64,000 nt of DNA from an uncultured bacterium (GTDB taxonomy: Bacteria; Cyanobacteriota; Vampirovibrionia; Gastranaerophilales; Gastranaerophilaceae), in NCBI GenBank assembly GCA_949293185.1, contig CASFCQ010000006.1, positions 3,389 through 67,388 on the forward strand, given 5' to 3'. Shown piece by piece: positions 9,203 through 18,316 of this stretch. The translations under genes and the position numbers were made by a program. Position 1 is the stretch's first letter. Each line of letters starts with the position of its first letter. The notes beneath the pieces are model-generated. The model was not told the origin of the DNA. It ran no database searches and saw nothing but the letters and a program-made list of their open reading frames with translations.

Positions 9203-10585
9203 TTATTCCGGCAGCAGTACTGTTGTAACAGAGTGATTTAATGCAAGATATTTGCGTGCGATTTGATTTACTTCATCCATTGTGATTTCATCAAGAACCC
9301 TCGGATATTGCTCAACAAGATCCAAATCATCACAAACTGTCATGTAGTAGCCGATATTTTCCGCTATGTCGGACACGGTTTCTGCAGATTCCGCAAAGCG
9401 GGCTTTGAGCTTTTTCCTTGCCTTATTAAATTCCCGCTCAGTCATATCACCGTCCAAAAAGTTTGTCATTTCTTTTTTGATAAGCTCCAGAGCAAGCTCT
9501 TTTTTGTCAGCTTTATAATTTGCCTGAACAAAGAAATTTCCGCCGTCTTTAAAGTTGTAAAAATCTGTTGTTACTACATTAAAAACAGGGGTCGTAGCTT
9601 TTTCAATCAAATTTTGATACAGTCTTGAGCTCTGACCTTCTCCGAGAATAACATTAACAATCTCAAGCGCGATATTTTCTTTCAAATCACTTGCAACAGG
9701 TCCGAGCCATCCTGTTATAACAAAACCTGTATTAATTTTACCTTTCAACTCAATATATTTAGATTCGCTTACCGGAGTATCCAGTTCATGTTTCGGGTTA
9801 TTAAAGTTTTCTCTTCCCTGAAAATCAAAGTTCTTGCACACAAGTTCGAGAACTTGTTCATGATTAAAATCTCCTGCAATAACTGTTGTTATATTATTCG
9901 GGGTATAGTGTGTTTTGTAATAATTAAGAATAGTTTCTCTCGGTATAGATGCAATTGTTTCAGGAAAGCCGATTACATCCCTTTTATAAGGATGTTTTGT
10001 GTACATGTTAAAGTTTGTTGAGTTATAAACTCTTGTCCAGGGCTGATCCTGACGCATTCTTATTTCTTCTATAACAACATGTCTTTCCCTTTTTTGAGAA
10101 ACATTATCATCGCCCAATTTAAAAGCAGGACCTATCTCATCTTCAGGTATAACAGGATCAAGCATCATATCAGCGTGGAGTTCTATTGCTTCTTTTAAAT
10201 AAGCTTTATCCGGACCTTCCGGCAGAGTTACATAATAAAAGGTATAATCCTTCCAGGTTGCGGCATTTACAATAGCACCTTTTGCCTCAAGCGTTTTATC
10301 AAAATAGCCTGCTTTATGCTTGTGAGTACCTTTGAACATAAGGTGTTCCAAAAAGTGAGAAATACCGTTGTTTTCATCAGTTTCATTAATTGAGCCTGTT
10401 TTAACCCAGCTGGAAACATTAACAAGCCCGCCCTCTTTGTGAGCAAGAACAATTTTATGCCCGTTTTCTCTCTCATAAATTTCTACCGGACGCGTCAAGT
10501 ACGGATAGTTTATTTCTTTTTTTACGATATTTTCCACCTTATATACCTCTGTAATACTTATATGTACTGTATGACACGAATTCAA
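9203..10585 (-). CDS. M16 family zinc peptidase (pitrilysin-like)
   Basis: Carries the inverted zinc motif HFLEH. The true start may be the GTG at 10537, which is preceded by AGAGG. Confidence 0.85.
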   Translation of the reverse strand: MNSCHTVHISITEVYKVENIVKKEINYPYLTRPVEIYERENGHKIVLAHKEGGLVNVSSWVKTGSINETDENNGISHFLEHLMFKGTHKHKAGYFDKTLEAKGAIVNAATWKDYTFYYVTLPEGPDKAYLKEAIELHADMMLDPVIPEDEIGPAFKLGDDNVSQKRERHVVIEEIRMRQDQPWTRVYNSTNFNMYTKHPYKRDVIGFPETIASIPRETILNYYKTHYTPNNITTVIAGDFNHEQVLELVCKNFDFQGRENFNNPKHELDTPVSESKYIELKGKINTGFVITGWLGPVASDLKENIALEIVNVILGEGQSSRLYQNLIEKATTPVFNVVTTDFYNFKDGGNFFVQANYKADKKELALELIKKEMTNFLDGDMTEREFNKARKKLKARFAESAETVSDIAENIGYYMTVCDDLDLVEQYPRVLDEITMDEVNQIARKYLALNHSVTTVLLPE

Positions 10586-10722
10586 ACCTTAAAAAACGTC
10601 AGATTCAAGCCATAATCTCACGCAATAATTGTAGCAGATAATCAGCTGTTTTACACATATAGACGGTGGATATTTAAGACGGCAGTTGTCTGCACTAAAT
10701 CTATTTGCCTGCTATTTAGCAT

Positions 10723-10757
10723 AAAAAATCCCTCTTTTTATCAAAGAGGGATTTTTT
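10723..10757. terminator. bidirectional intrinsic terminator after rpsR
   Basis: AAAAAATCCCTCTTT-TTATC-AAAGAGGGATTTTTT forms a perfect stem flanked by A and T runs. Confidence 0.8.
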
Positions 10758-10772
10758 ATTGATGTTTATTAA

Positions 10773-11003
10773 TTAGTCGTAAACATAGTTTATCAAAGCA
10801 GCTTCTCTTGCTTTTTTAACAGCTCTTGCAAGCATTCTCTGGTGTTCTGCGCAAGTTCCTGTAATTCTTCTCGGGAGAATTTTTCCTGCTTCTGTTAAAT
10901 ATCTTCTGATTTTTTGTGCATCTTTGTAGTCAATAACTTCTACTTTATCAGCACAGAAATTGCAGCTTTTTCTTTTGTTTTTGTCGATTTGTGGTCTTGC
11001 CAT
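10773..11003 (-). CDS. rpsR: 30S ribosomal protein S18
   Basis: 76 aa with an S18 pattern (CNFCADKVEVIDYKD, ILPRRITG). Confidence 0.95.
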   Translation of the reverse strand: MARPQIDKNKRKSCNFCADKVEVIDYKDAQKIRRYLTEAGKILPRRITGTCAEHQRMLARAVKKAREAALINYVYD

Positions 11004-11037
11004 TGTTTGTTCCTTTTCTGTTGTTACTAAATTGGGT

Positions 11038-11292
11038 GTCTTGGATTATTGGCTGTTCAAAGTTCTTGCTCTTCGTTTTGATTTGCCTTCGCAAATCGCA
11101 CTCCGGCGAACTTTTTCACTGGACGTGCTGGGTCACTTCGTGACTCGGCGCACTTGCCAAAATCCGCGTCTTGGATTATTGTTTCACGCCTTCAAGCCGT
11201 TCGCTCCGTTTTGCTCTTTTGCAAAACTTACGCTCTCTTTTTCGGCGTTACTTCGAGTTTCGGGCTTTGCCCTCACTCTACACAAAATCCGC
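11038..11292. repeat. tandem duplication of a ~128-nt GC-enriched structured unit in the ssb-rpsR spacer
   Basis: Units 11038-11167 and 11168-11292 both begin GTCTTGGATTATTG and end CAAAATCCGC. Hairpins sit at identical offsets with compensatory changes (see findings). Confidence 0.7.
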
Positions 11293-11319
11293 TGGCGTTT
11301 GCGCTCAGACTAACTACGG

Positions 11320-11724
11320 TTAAAACGGAATTTCGTCTTCGCCTATTAAGTCGTCTGAGAAATCGGTCTGTCCAAACTGGACAATAGAATCAGGTGATGC
11401 TTTGCCTGACGGAGCTGATGTTGTTGAGCTGCCTGCAAGTTTTTCCATTGCATAAGCATCTATTTCAACAATTCTTCTTTCAGAACCGTCTTCATTCTTC
11501 ACCGTATTGTTCTGGAGTCTGCCTTCAACGACAACTCTGTCACCTTTATTAATAGTTTCTTCAACTGTCTGTGCCAGATTGCCTTTGGCTAGGACTCTTA
11601 CCAGAGTTTCCTCTGTGTCGGAGATGTTCAAAGCAAATGCGGAAATTGGCACATTGTTCGATGTAAAGCGCTTTTCCGGTGCTCTGTATACTGTTCCTGA
11701 TATAACCGCTTTTGCTAAGCTCAT
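11320..11724 (-). CDS. ssb: single-stranded DNA-binding protein
   Basis: 134 aa with an OB-fold N-terminal region and an acidic tail ending DEIPF. Confidence 0.95.
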   Translation of the reverse strand: MSLAKAVISGTVYRAPEKRFTSNNVPISAFALNISDTEETLVRVLAKGNLAQTVEETINKGDRVVVEGRLQNNTVKNEDGSERRIVEIDAYAMEKLAGSSTTSAPSGKASPDSIVQFGQTDFSDDLIGEDEIPF

Positions 11725-11745
11725 ATTTTTCTCCTGATTGTCTGA

Positions 11746-12042
11746 TTAAGCACTAACTTTTGATTCTTCCATAAACATTGTTCTTAAAATGTTGTCGTTA
11801 AGACTCAATTGTCTTTTGAATTCTGCAACTTTATCAGGTGCTAATTCAAGTCTTTGTGCTACATAATGGCCGTCTCTGAAGTTTTGGATATCGTGAGCAA
11901 GTTTTTTTCTGCCCATTTTATCTGTAGAAGTAACGCTGCCGCCGAGAGATTTAACGATTTCTTCGATTTTAGCAATTACTTTATCTGCTTCTTCTGCGTC
12001 CATATTAGGTTTAATAATTGAAAGTAATTCGTATTTTTTCAC
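11746..12042 (-). CDS. rpsF: 30S ribosomal protein S6
   Basis: 98 aa (MKKYELLSIIKPN...) with a GTG start. Classic rpsF-ssb-rpsR gene order. Confidence 0.95.
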   Translation of the reverse strand: MKKYELLSIIKPNMDAEEADKVIAKIEEIVKSLGGSVTSTDKMGRKKLAHDIQNFRDGHYVAQRLELAPDKVAEFKRQLSLNDNILRTMFMEESKVSA

Positions 12043-12210
12043 TTTTATTGCTCCTTATGGTTTTTCTCGTAAAAGTGAGTGTATCACGAACAAAACTCCA
12101 ATACAAATAATTTTCTTACAAATCTTACAGATGCGTAATATTTAATGGTAAGGTTATATTTCTGCATAAACGTAAAAAGAATTAACCAGAAAAATATATT
12201 TACAAAAATA

Positions 12211-12250
12211 AAGAGCCTGCTCATTATACAGAGCAGGACTCTTTTTATTT
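12211..12250. terminator. intrinsic terminator after hpf
   Basis: AGAGCCTGCTC...GAGCAGGACTCT stem flanked by A-rich and T-rich runs. Confidence 0.65.
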
Positions 12251-12267
12251 TTATGCTTTATGTTCTT

Positions 12268-12636
12268 TTATTCGGCAGCTTCTTCCACTGTTTCTTCTTC
12301 AAGAACAGCACCTGTTCTGATAGAATCCAATTTAGATTTGCCAAGGTTTTTGTCTTTGAATTTTTTAACCTGTCTTGCAAGTTTATCAGCTACAAGGTCG
12401 ATACTTGCATACATAGATTCTGCAGTTTCTGCTACGTGAACAGAACCTGTTATAAGCTTGCAGGTAACTTCTGCAGTATGGTTTTCAGCAACGCTGGGGT
12501 TCTTAATTACCGTAAGCATAATATCAATAGCTTCAATCTGGTCGTAGTGTGCAGCTACTTTGCCGATTTTTTCCTTGGCATAAGCTTTAATAGCATCTGT
12601 GATTTCAATGTTTTTTCCGTTTACATGAATGCGCAT
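12268..12636 (-). CDS. hpf: ribosome hibernation promoting factor / RaiA family
   Basis: 122 aa (MRIHVNGKNIEITDAIKAYAKEKIGK...), typical of the sigma54-modulation / HPF family. Confidence 0.9.
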   Translation of the reverse strand: MRIHVNGKNIEITDAIKAYAKEKIGKVAAHYDQIEAIDIMLTVIKNPSVAENHTAEVTCKLITGSVHVAETAESMYASIDLVADKLARQVKKFKDKNLGKSKLDSIRTGAVLEEETVEEAAE

Positions 12637-12755
12637 GTATTGCCTCCATAAATAATGATACGTTTTTAGTATAACTCATCTGTTGTCGAGTTGCAATCAC
12701 ATTATGAGTTTTGTATAATCCGTATATAATAAAATCAGATTGAGGAGTTTAATAT

Positions 12756-14351
12756 ATGAATAAAAAATTGATTAAACTGTTGTCTTTATTTATTTTGGCA
12801 GCAGGTCTTTTCAGCTGCAGTCCATCGTTTGCATCAGCAAGCAGTGATATTTGGTTTAATGATTTAAAAACACTGTTTTTAAATAACAGAGCGATAATAC
12901 TGGCGATTAACATCCGTTCTTTTAATGCAGAAGACAAAAACGGCGATGATATAATAATGCCGGAAAAAGGCGAGATTGCCGGCAATTTTGTCAATGCAGT
13001 TAAACGTCTTGATGAAATAAAAGCTCAGGGAATAAATACAATACATATTTTGCCTATTACGCCAACCGGCAAAACAAAGGCTCTGGGAACTGCGGGTTCG
13101 CTGTACGCGATATCTGATTTTACAAAAATTGACCCTATGCTTGATGACAAAACAAACGACCTTTCCGTCGAAGAAGAGGCAAAAAACTTTATACAAGAAT
13201 GCCACAAAAGAAATATAAGAGTTATAGTAGATTTGCCGTCTTGCGGTTCTTACGATTTATTTCTTGCAAAACCGGAACTGTTTATGACAGGAACTGACGG
13301 AAAACCTGTTATTCCTTTTGATTGGACAGATGTCAGAGTTTTCAAAGCCGTTAATGCTGATGGAACTCTTAATGATGCTTTATACAAAGAATACAAGGCT
13401 TATATCGATATGGTTCAAAAATTAGGCGCTGATGGTATAAGAGCAGATGTTGCAACTTCTAAACCCGCCGAATTTTGGAAAAATCTTATTTTATATGCAA
13501 AATCCAAAGACCCTGAATTTCTGTTTCTTGCAGAAGCTTCTGAGTGCTGGAATAAGCCATTAACGGCAAATGCGCCTTTCACACCTTATCATCAATTACT
13601 GGATGCAGGATTTGACGGATGGTACGGCAATTTTGTGGATTACAAGAACTGGCACACACAAGAAGACTTTCAGAAAAATATTACTTTATTAAAAGATATA
13701 ATAAAGAGTTATGAATTGAAAAAAACACCCAAAGCTGTAATCGGTAGCTTTGCTACCCATGACGAAATATCTCCGGTTTTAACAGGGGGCATTCCATATG
13801 CTCAGCAAATTATATGGCTGCAAGCAACACTGCCTGTCAACTCTTATTTTGTTGACGGAATCCAAACAGGTGATTCTTACTTATACAAATATGCTAATAA
13901 AAAAGCTGCGGATTCATATACTGACAGCAATGTATATTTTGTTCATAAAGGGAAATTTGATATTTTTAATCTTTCAAGAAAACCGGGTGCAACAAATAAA
14001 AACAACAACATTATTTACGATTTTGCAGTAGCAAACCAGTTCAAAGAAAAAGCTTCAGCAATTCTTAACAAAGGAGAATACGCCTTTTTAAATACCGGTA
14101 ATAACAATGTATTTTCTTACATTATTACTCTAAATTATTCTTCTTTGCTTGTTATGGTAAATAAAGACTTATCCTACAGCCATAATGCAGAAGTAAAAAT
14201 AAAAGATTTTAAAAATAACGATATCATTGTTCCGCTTGCATTCACAACAACACCTGTAGTTACCAAAAATAAGGTAAAAATGGATATGATGCCGGGTGAA
14301 ATAGCCGTGTTTATGATAAGCAGAAACGCTGAAGACCCCAAAAAGAAATAA
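12756..14351 (+). CDS. alpha-amylase family (GH13) glycoside hydrolase, probable lipoprotein
   Basis: 531 aa with lipobox-like LFSC and GH13 regions GIRADVA, FLFLAEASE and FATHDE. Confidence 0.85.
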   Translation: MNKKLIKLLSLFILAAGLFSCSPSFASASSDIWFNDLKTLFLNNRAIILAINIRSFNAEDKNGDDIIMPEKGEIAGNFVNAVKRLDEIKAQGINTIHILPITPTGKTKALGTAGSLYAISDFTKIDPMLDDKTNDLSVEEEAKNFIQECHKRNIRVIVDLPSCGSYDLFLAKPELFMTGTDGKPVIPFDWTDVRVFKAVNADGTLNDALYKEYKAYIDMVQKLGADGIRADVATSKPAEFWKNLILYAKSKDPEFLFLAEASECWNKPLTANAPFTPYHQLLDAGFDGWYGNFVDYKNWHTQEDFQKNITLLKDIIKSYELKKTPKAVIGSFATHDEISPVLTGGIPYAQQIIWLQATLPVNSYFVDGIQTGDSYLYKYANKKAADSYTDSNVYFVHKGKFDIFNLSRKPGATNKNNNIIYDFAVANQFKEKASAILNKGEYAFLNTGNNNVFSYIITLNYSSLLVMVNKDLSYSHNAEVKIKDFKNNDIIVPLAFTTTPVVTKNKVKMDMMPGEIAVFMISRNAEDPKKK

Positions 14352-14373
14352 CAGATATATTTCAAATAAAAAC

Positions 14374-14416
14374 CAACAGGGCTGTTCTGAATATGAATCA
14401 GATCAGCCCTGTTTAA
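14374..14416. terminator. bidirectional hairpin between convergent genes
   Basis: CAACAGGGCTG ... CAGCCCTGTT forms a 10-bp GC-rich stem. Confidence 0.6.
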
Positions 14417-14417
14417 T

Positions 14418-15449
14418 TTAAACATTACCGCTTTCTTTGATAATTGCATCCATGTACTTTTTAGTTGCATTTACGCATCTTATTCTGTCAGGTATCTCTG
14501 CCTGAATAGCTTTTAAATTTTCAAGTACATTAAAGTACAAAGATTTTATTTTACATATTTTGTTTAAGATGTATTTCCATTCGCCTTCACAACATGAGAT
14601 ATTATCCCCCAGAGGCAATTTACAATTGTTAGCTGCAATAACTAACTTTTTTAGTATCTCACGCCGGTAATACAGCGCATTTTGGTCGTCTAAATTAGGA
14701 GCTGTTTCAGTTCTGGACATTTTATCAAGAAAAACTTCAAGCAAATCTGCTGCCGTATTAGGATTTTCCAAGGAGGTGTTATATATATCATCTGTTATTC
14801 TAAGGCTCTTACCGTAAAGAACAAAATTGTTGGGATTGCAGTAGTCAAAATTTAAAAAATATTCTCCGTTGCTCATTTTATTAAGCTCCTTGCAATCCTT
14901 TGCTATTGCGTTATAGCTTTTTTGAGGAATTTTAGCAAACAACGGCAGGTATACTTTTGCGTAATAATTCTCACAATCTTTTTGTGAATAAACTTTTGAA
15001 AACTTTTGAGGAACGCCTACCGGCATATGCAGGGAATGCGGTGAAAGATTTTTTAACACATAAACATCTTCAAACTCAGCAATATGCTCACCGTAATATG
15101 TTTTTAAGTTTTTAAACTTTCCGCGCGAAAGCCCTGTCAACATACCGGAGAAAATCTGTTCCTTATCTAGAACTTTTAATACATATTTTGAATCCAGTTT
15201 ATAAACCTTACCGTAATGTCCTTCCCCTATAAGATTAGCGGATTTTATTTTTCTGCCCATTACCTCATTTAAAAGATTAACAAGCTTTTGTTCCTGTTTC
15301 CACTGCGGTCTTCCGTTTTTTAGCACCTTGTCCAGTTCTTTGGAAAAAAGAGTTGTGTATCCCTTAAAGTTAACAGATTGTTTTTTAGCTGTTCTTGTTT
15401 TGGATTGTATATAATTTTGTTGATTTATACGGGGAATTATTGTTATCAT
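14418..15449 (-). CDS. protein kinase-like protein
   Basis: Gly-rich loop plus lysine: LIGEGHYGKVYKLDSKYVLKVL. I moved the start to M33 (15449) because the upstream part of the ORF overlaps a non-coding repeated element. Confidence 0.6.
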   Translation of the reverse strand: MITIIPRINQQNYIQSKTRTAKKQSVNFKGYTTLFSKELDKVLKNGRPQWKQEQKLVNLLNEVMGRKIKSANLIGEGHYGKVYKLDSKYVLKVLDKEQIFSGMLTGLSRGKFKNLKTYYGEHIAEFEDVYVLKNLSPHSLHMPVGVPQKFSKVYSQKDCENYYAKVYLPLFAKIPQKSYNAIAKDCKELNKMSNGEYFLNFDYCNPNNFVLYGKSLRITDDIYNTSLENPNTAADLLEVFLDKMSRTETAPNLDDQNALYYRREILKKLVIAANNCKLPLGDNISCCEGEWKYILNKICKIKSLYFNVLENLKAIQAEIPDRIRCVNATKKYMDAIIKESGNV

Positions 15450-15484
15450 TATTCTAATAGGTTTTGGATTTGTTACATTAATAT

Positions 15485-15570
15485 GTTCGAAAAAAATTCG
15501 TGATAAGCAACAAAGTGACGTGAACGAATTTTTTGAGTGACACATTGAAAAGGTGACACTAGATTAAATA
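15485..15570. repeat. ~85-nt intergenic element, copy 1 (copy 2 at 42190-42312)
   Basis: About 88 percent identical to 42190-42312 outside a 37-nt insertion. Contains the AAAAAATTCGT / ACGAATTTTTT hairpin and GTGACAC-N9-GTGACAC direct repeats. Confidence 0.7.
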
Positions 15571-15588
15571 TACAACAGAGGAAAAACA

Positions 15589-16215
15589 TTGACTTATTTT
15601 GAACAAAAAATCGATACATTAATTGACAAACTTAAAAAATTTGAATCAAAAGACAATGTATTTAACCCCTGGGCTGATACGGATGAAACAGACAAAGACC
15701 GGACAAATGCGCCCCTATTGCGAAGAAAAAACCTGAAAAAGTATCTTATTGAACATAAAAAAGCAAAATATATACTGCTTGCGGAATCTCCGAGTTACGG
15801 CTGCCGTTATACAGGCATTGCAATGACATCAGAAGACGTTATGCAAAAATATACAGATATTTTTAAAGGGTATAATACAACGTCTCTATACGGTAACATT
15901 AAAGAAAAAACAGCCTCTATCGTATGGGATGTAATAAACAAAAATGAAAAAGATTTTATTTTATGGAATACATTTGTACTGCAAACTTATAAAGAAAACT
16001 TTTCTCCGCGCAAACCGCGCACAAAAGAGATTGAATCCGGTATAGAAATATTAACGGACTTTATCGAAATTTTTAATGATAAAGAAATTATTTCCGTAGG
16101 AAAAACCGCATACAATACGCTCATAAAATACGGGCTGTGCAAAGACAGCCTCTATATCCGCCATCCTTCCTGCGGAGGAGAAAATATTTTCCGTGCGCAG
16201 ATGCAGGATTTATAA
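15589..16215 (+). CDS. uracil-DNA glycosylase superfamily protein
   Basis: 208 aa with a TTG start after AGAGGAAAAAC. LLAESPSYGCRYTGIAMTSE resembles the UDG-like active-site region. Family assignment is tentative. Confidence 0.6.
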   Translation: MTYFEQKIDTLIDKLKKFESKDNVFNPWADTDETDKDRTNAPLLRRKNLKKYLIEHKKAKYILLAESPSYGCRYTGIAMTSEDVMQKYTDIFKGYNTTSLYGNIKEKTASIVWDVINKNEKDFILWNTFVLQTYKENFSPRKPRTKEIESGIEILTDFIEIFNDKEIISVGKTAYNTLIKYGLCKDSLYIRHPSCGGENIFRAQMQDL

Positions 16216-16290
16216 TAAGCTGCAAAAATTTTACTCTTTTTTTGTTAAAATGATGATTAGGGAGTATTTTAAATTTAAGAAAGTTTTATT

Positions 16291-18261
16291 ATGAATGAAA
16301 ATATTTATGCACTGACCGATAAAATTGATAACGACCTGATTAACGGTCTTTTAAACGATATTGAAAAACAAAGCCTTGCAAATGAAATCAAGCAACTGCT
16401 GCCTGATGATGCAATAGCACTTGCACAGATAAACCCGACCTCGGGAAATGTTAAAAATAATGCACTAAAAGCTTTTGAGTGGATAAAATGGGCTCAAAGA
16501 CTGGAGCTGGATGCAATAATTTTTCCTGAAATGTATTTAATAGGTTATCCTATCGGTGATTTCATAGACAGATTTCCTGTTGTGGTAGAAGAAAACATCG
16601 AGTGGCTAAATGCACTTGCTTCAAAAATAACCGGTAAAACAAAAGTAATAATGGGCTTTGTGGAGTTTAATAAAACAAAGTACGGAAAAAAATACTTTAA
16701 CTCGATAGCAGTGATTTCTGATGGAAAAATTGAGAGCGTTATAAGAAAAACTCTTCTGCCAAACTATGCGGAATTTAATGACTACAGACATTTTGAACCG
16801 GCAGCCGTTGACAGCTTAAACAGAATAACTTCAATAGGCAAAAATAAAGCCGGCATAATTGTTTGTGAGGACGGCTGGAACGATTTTGACTTTTTTGACA
16901 AAAATCTCTACAGCATTGACCCTGTTGAAACAGTAATCAAAGAACAGCATCCAAACTACCTCATAAACTGCTCTTCTTCTATTACCAGAGCCAAAAAAGA
17001 ACAGCTTAAACATAATATGCTTTCATTTGCCGCGAAAAAACACGCAACACCAATTATTTATGTAAATCAGGTAGGTTCAAACGAGTGCCTTTCTTTTGAA
17101 GGTGCATCAAGGGTTTATGATAAAGAAGGAAAGCTTGCTGCCATGGCAAAGTCTTATGCGGAGCAGTTCTTTATAGTTTCCCCAACAAAAGGCGGAAAAA
17201 TTTATCCTTTACCTGACGGGCTGGAAAAAACATTAAACTCGCAAAAGGCATTTACTCTGGATCATGAACCTGATTTAGAGCGAACATATCTTACAATTGT
17301 ACAAACAATTCGTGATTATTTTAAAAAGACAGGTTTTAAACGTGCTGTGCTCGGGCTTTCAGGAGGGCTGGACTCCACGGTAAGCGCGGTACTGCTGGCT
17401 GATGCAATAGGAGCAAAAAATGTTTTCGGCATTAGTATGCCGTCTAAAATCACAAGTGCAGAGAGTAAAAATGATGCACGGGAACTTGCACAGAACCTCG
17501 GTATTAATTTTGCAGAGATTTCGATAAAAGATATGTACGACTCCACCCGTGCAAAGTTTGATGAAGTCTTTGAATCAGTTGAAAAAGTCTGGGACTGCCG
17601 TTATAAGGAGTGTTTCACAAACGACAACATTCAGGCCCGTTCAAGAGCGCTAATTCTCTGGGGAGTAGCAAATGAATTTCAGTCTTGCCTTCCGATAGCA
17701 ACATCAGACAAGTCAGAGCTGTATATGGGATATGCTACAATCAACGGCGATATGTCAGGCGGGTTTGCACCGCTTGCGGATGTGTCAAAAACAAAATTAT
17801 TTGCACTTGCTAAATGGCTTAACAAACACAGAGCGCAGAAAAATGCAATCCCGGAAGCAATTATTGCAAAACGTCCGGGAGCAGAGCTTGCAATAAATCC
17901 GAAAACAGGCAAGCCGCTGCTTGCAGAAGAAGCGCTTATGCCATACGAGTTTTTGGATGAAGTAATTTGGCGGGTGGAAAATCTTCAGCAGACAATAGGT
18001 GATATGATGCAGGCGGAATTCTTGCATGAAAAACATTTAAAAGAACAGGGAAATCCGCTAAACCGCGAACAAAAACTTGAATGGCTAAAAAAATTCTTCC
18101 GCAGAATGTCAACAGCATTGTATAAGTGGTCAATTATGCCGCCTTCTCCTATTGTTGACGCCCGTTCAATTAACAAGGTTGAATACAGACATCCAATTAT
18201 AGCTTCCGGTATAAATTACCACAAGACAACCTATGACGAAAAATTGGAGCAATTAAGATAG
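16291..18261 (+). CDS. nadE: glutamine-dependent NAD+ synthetase
   Basis: 656 aa with an N-terminal CN-hydrolase domain (catalytic C in IVCEDGW) and a C-terminal synthetase with the SGGLDS P-loop. Confidence 0.95.
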   Translation: MNENIYALTDKIDNDLINGLLNDIEKQSLANEIKQLLPDDAIALAQINPTSGNVKNNALKAFEWIKWAQRLELDAIIFPEMYLIGYPIGDFIDRFPVVVEENIEWLNALASKITGKTKVIMGFVEFNKTKYGKKYFNSIAVISDGKIESVIRKTLLPNYAEFNDYRHFEPAAVDSLNRITSIGKNKAGIIVCEDGWNDFDFFDKNLYSIDPVETVIKEQHPNYLINCSSSITRAKKEQLKHNMLSFAAKKHATPIIYVNQVGSNECLSFEGASRVYDKEGKLAAMAKSYAEQFFIVSPTKGGKIYPLPDGLEKTLNSQKAFTLDHEPDLERTYLTIVQTIRDYFKKTGFKRAVLGLSGGLDSTVSAVLLADAIGAKNVFGISMPSKITSAESKNDARELAQNLGINFAEISIKDMYDSTRAKFDEVFESVEKVWDCRYKECFTNDNIQARSRALILWGVANEFQSCLPIATSDKSELYMGYATINGDMSGGFAPLADVSKTKLFALAKWLNKHRAQKNAIPEAIIAKRPGAELAINPKTGKPLLAEEALMPYEFLDEVIWRVENLQQTIGDMMQAEFLHEKHLKEQGNPLNREQKLEWLKKFFRRMSTALYKWSIMPPSPIVDARSINKVEYRHPIIASGINYHKTTYDEKLEQLR

Positions 18262-18273
18262 CCAAGAATCCCC

Positions 18274-18295
18274 AAAACACAATTCCTTGTGTTTT
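18274..18295. terminator. bidirectional terminator between nadE and trxA
   Basis: AAAACACAA-TTCC-TTGTGTTTT. Confidence 0.6.
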
Positions 18296-18316
18296 ATAGG
18301 ATACATCCTGAGTTTT

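Noticed and set aside
10960-11387. Track ORFs 10960-11313 (+) and 11154-11387 (+) lie in the ssb-rpsR spacer.
   Set aside because: Their composition is odd (Leu/Phe/Arg/Ser-rich), they have no SD, and they overlap rpsR and ssb in antisense. They are better explained by the structured non-coding tandem repeat.
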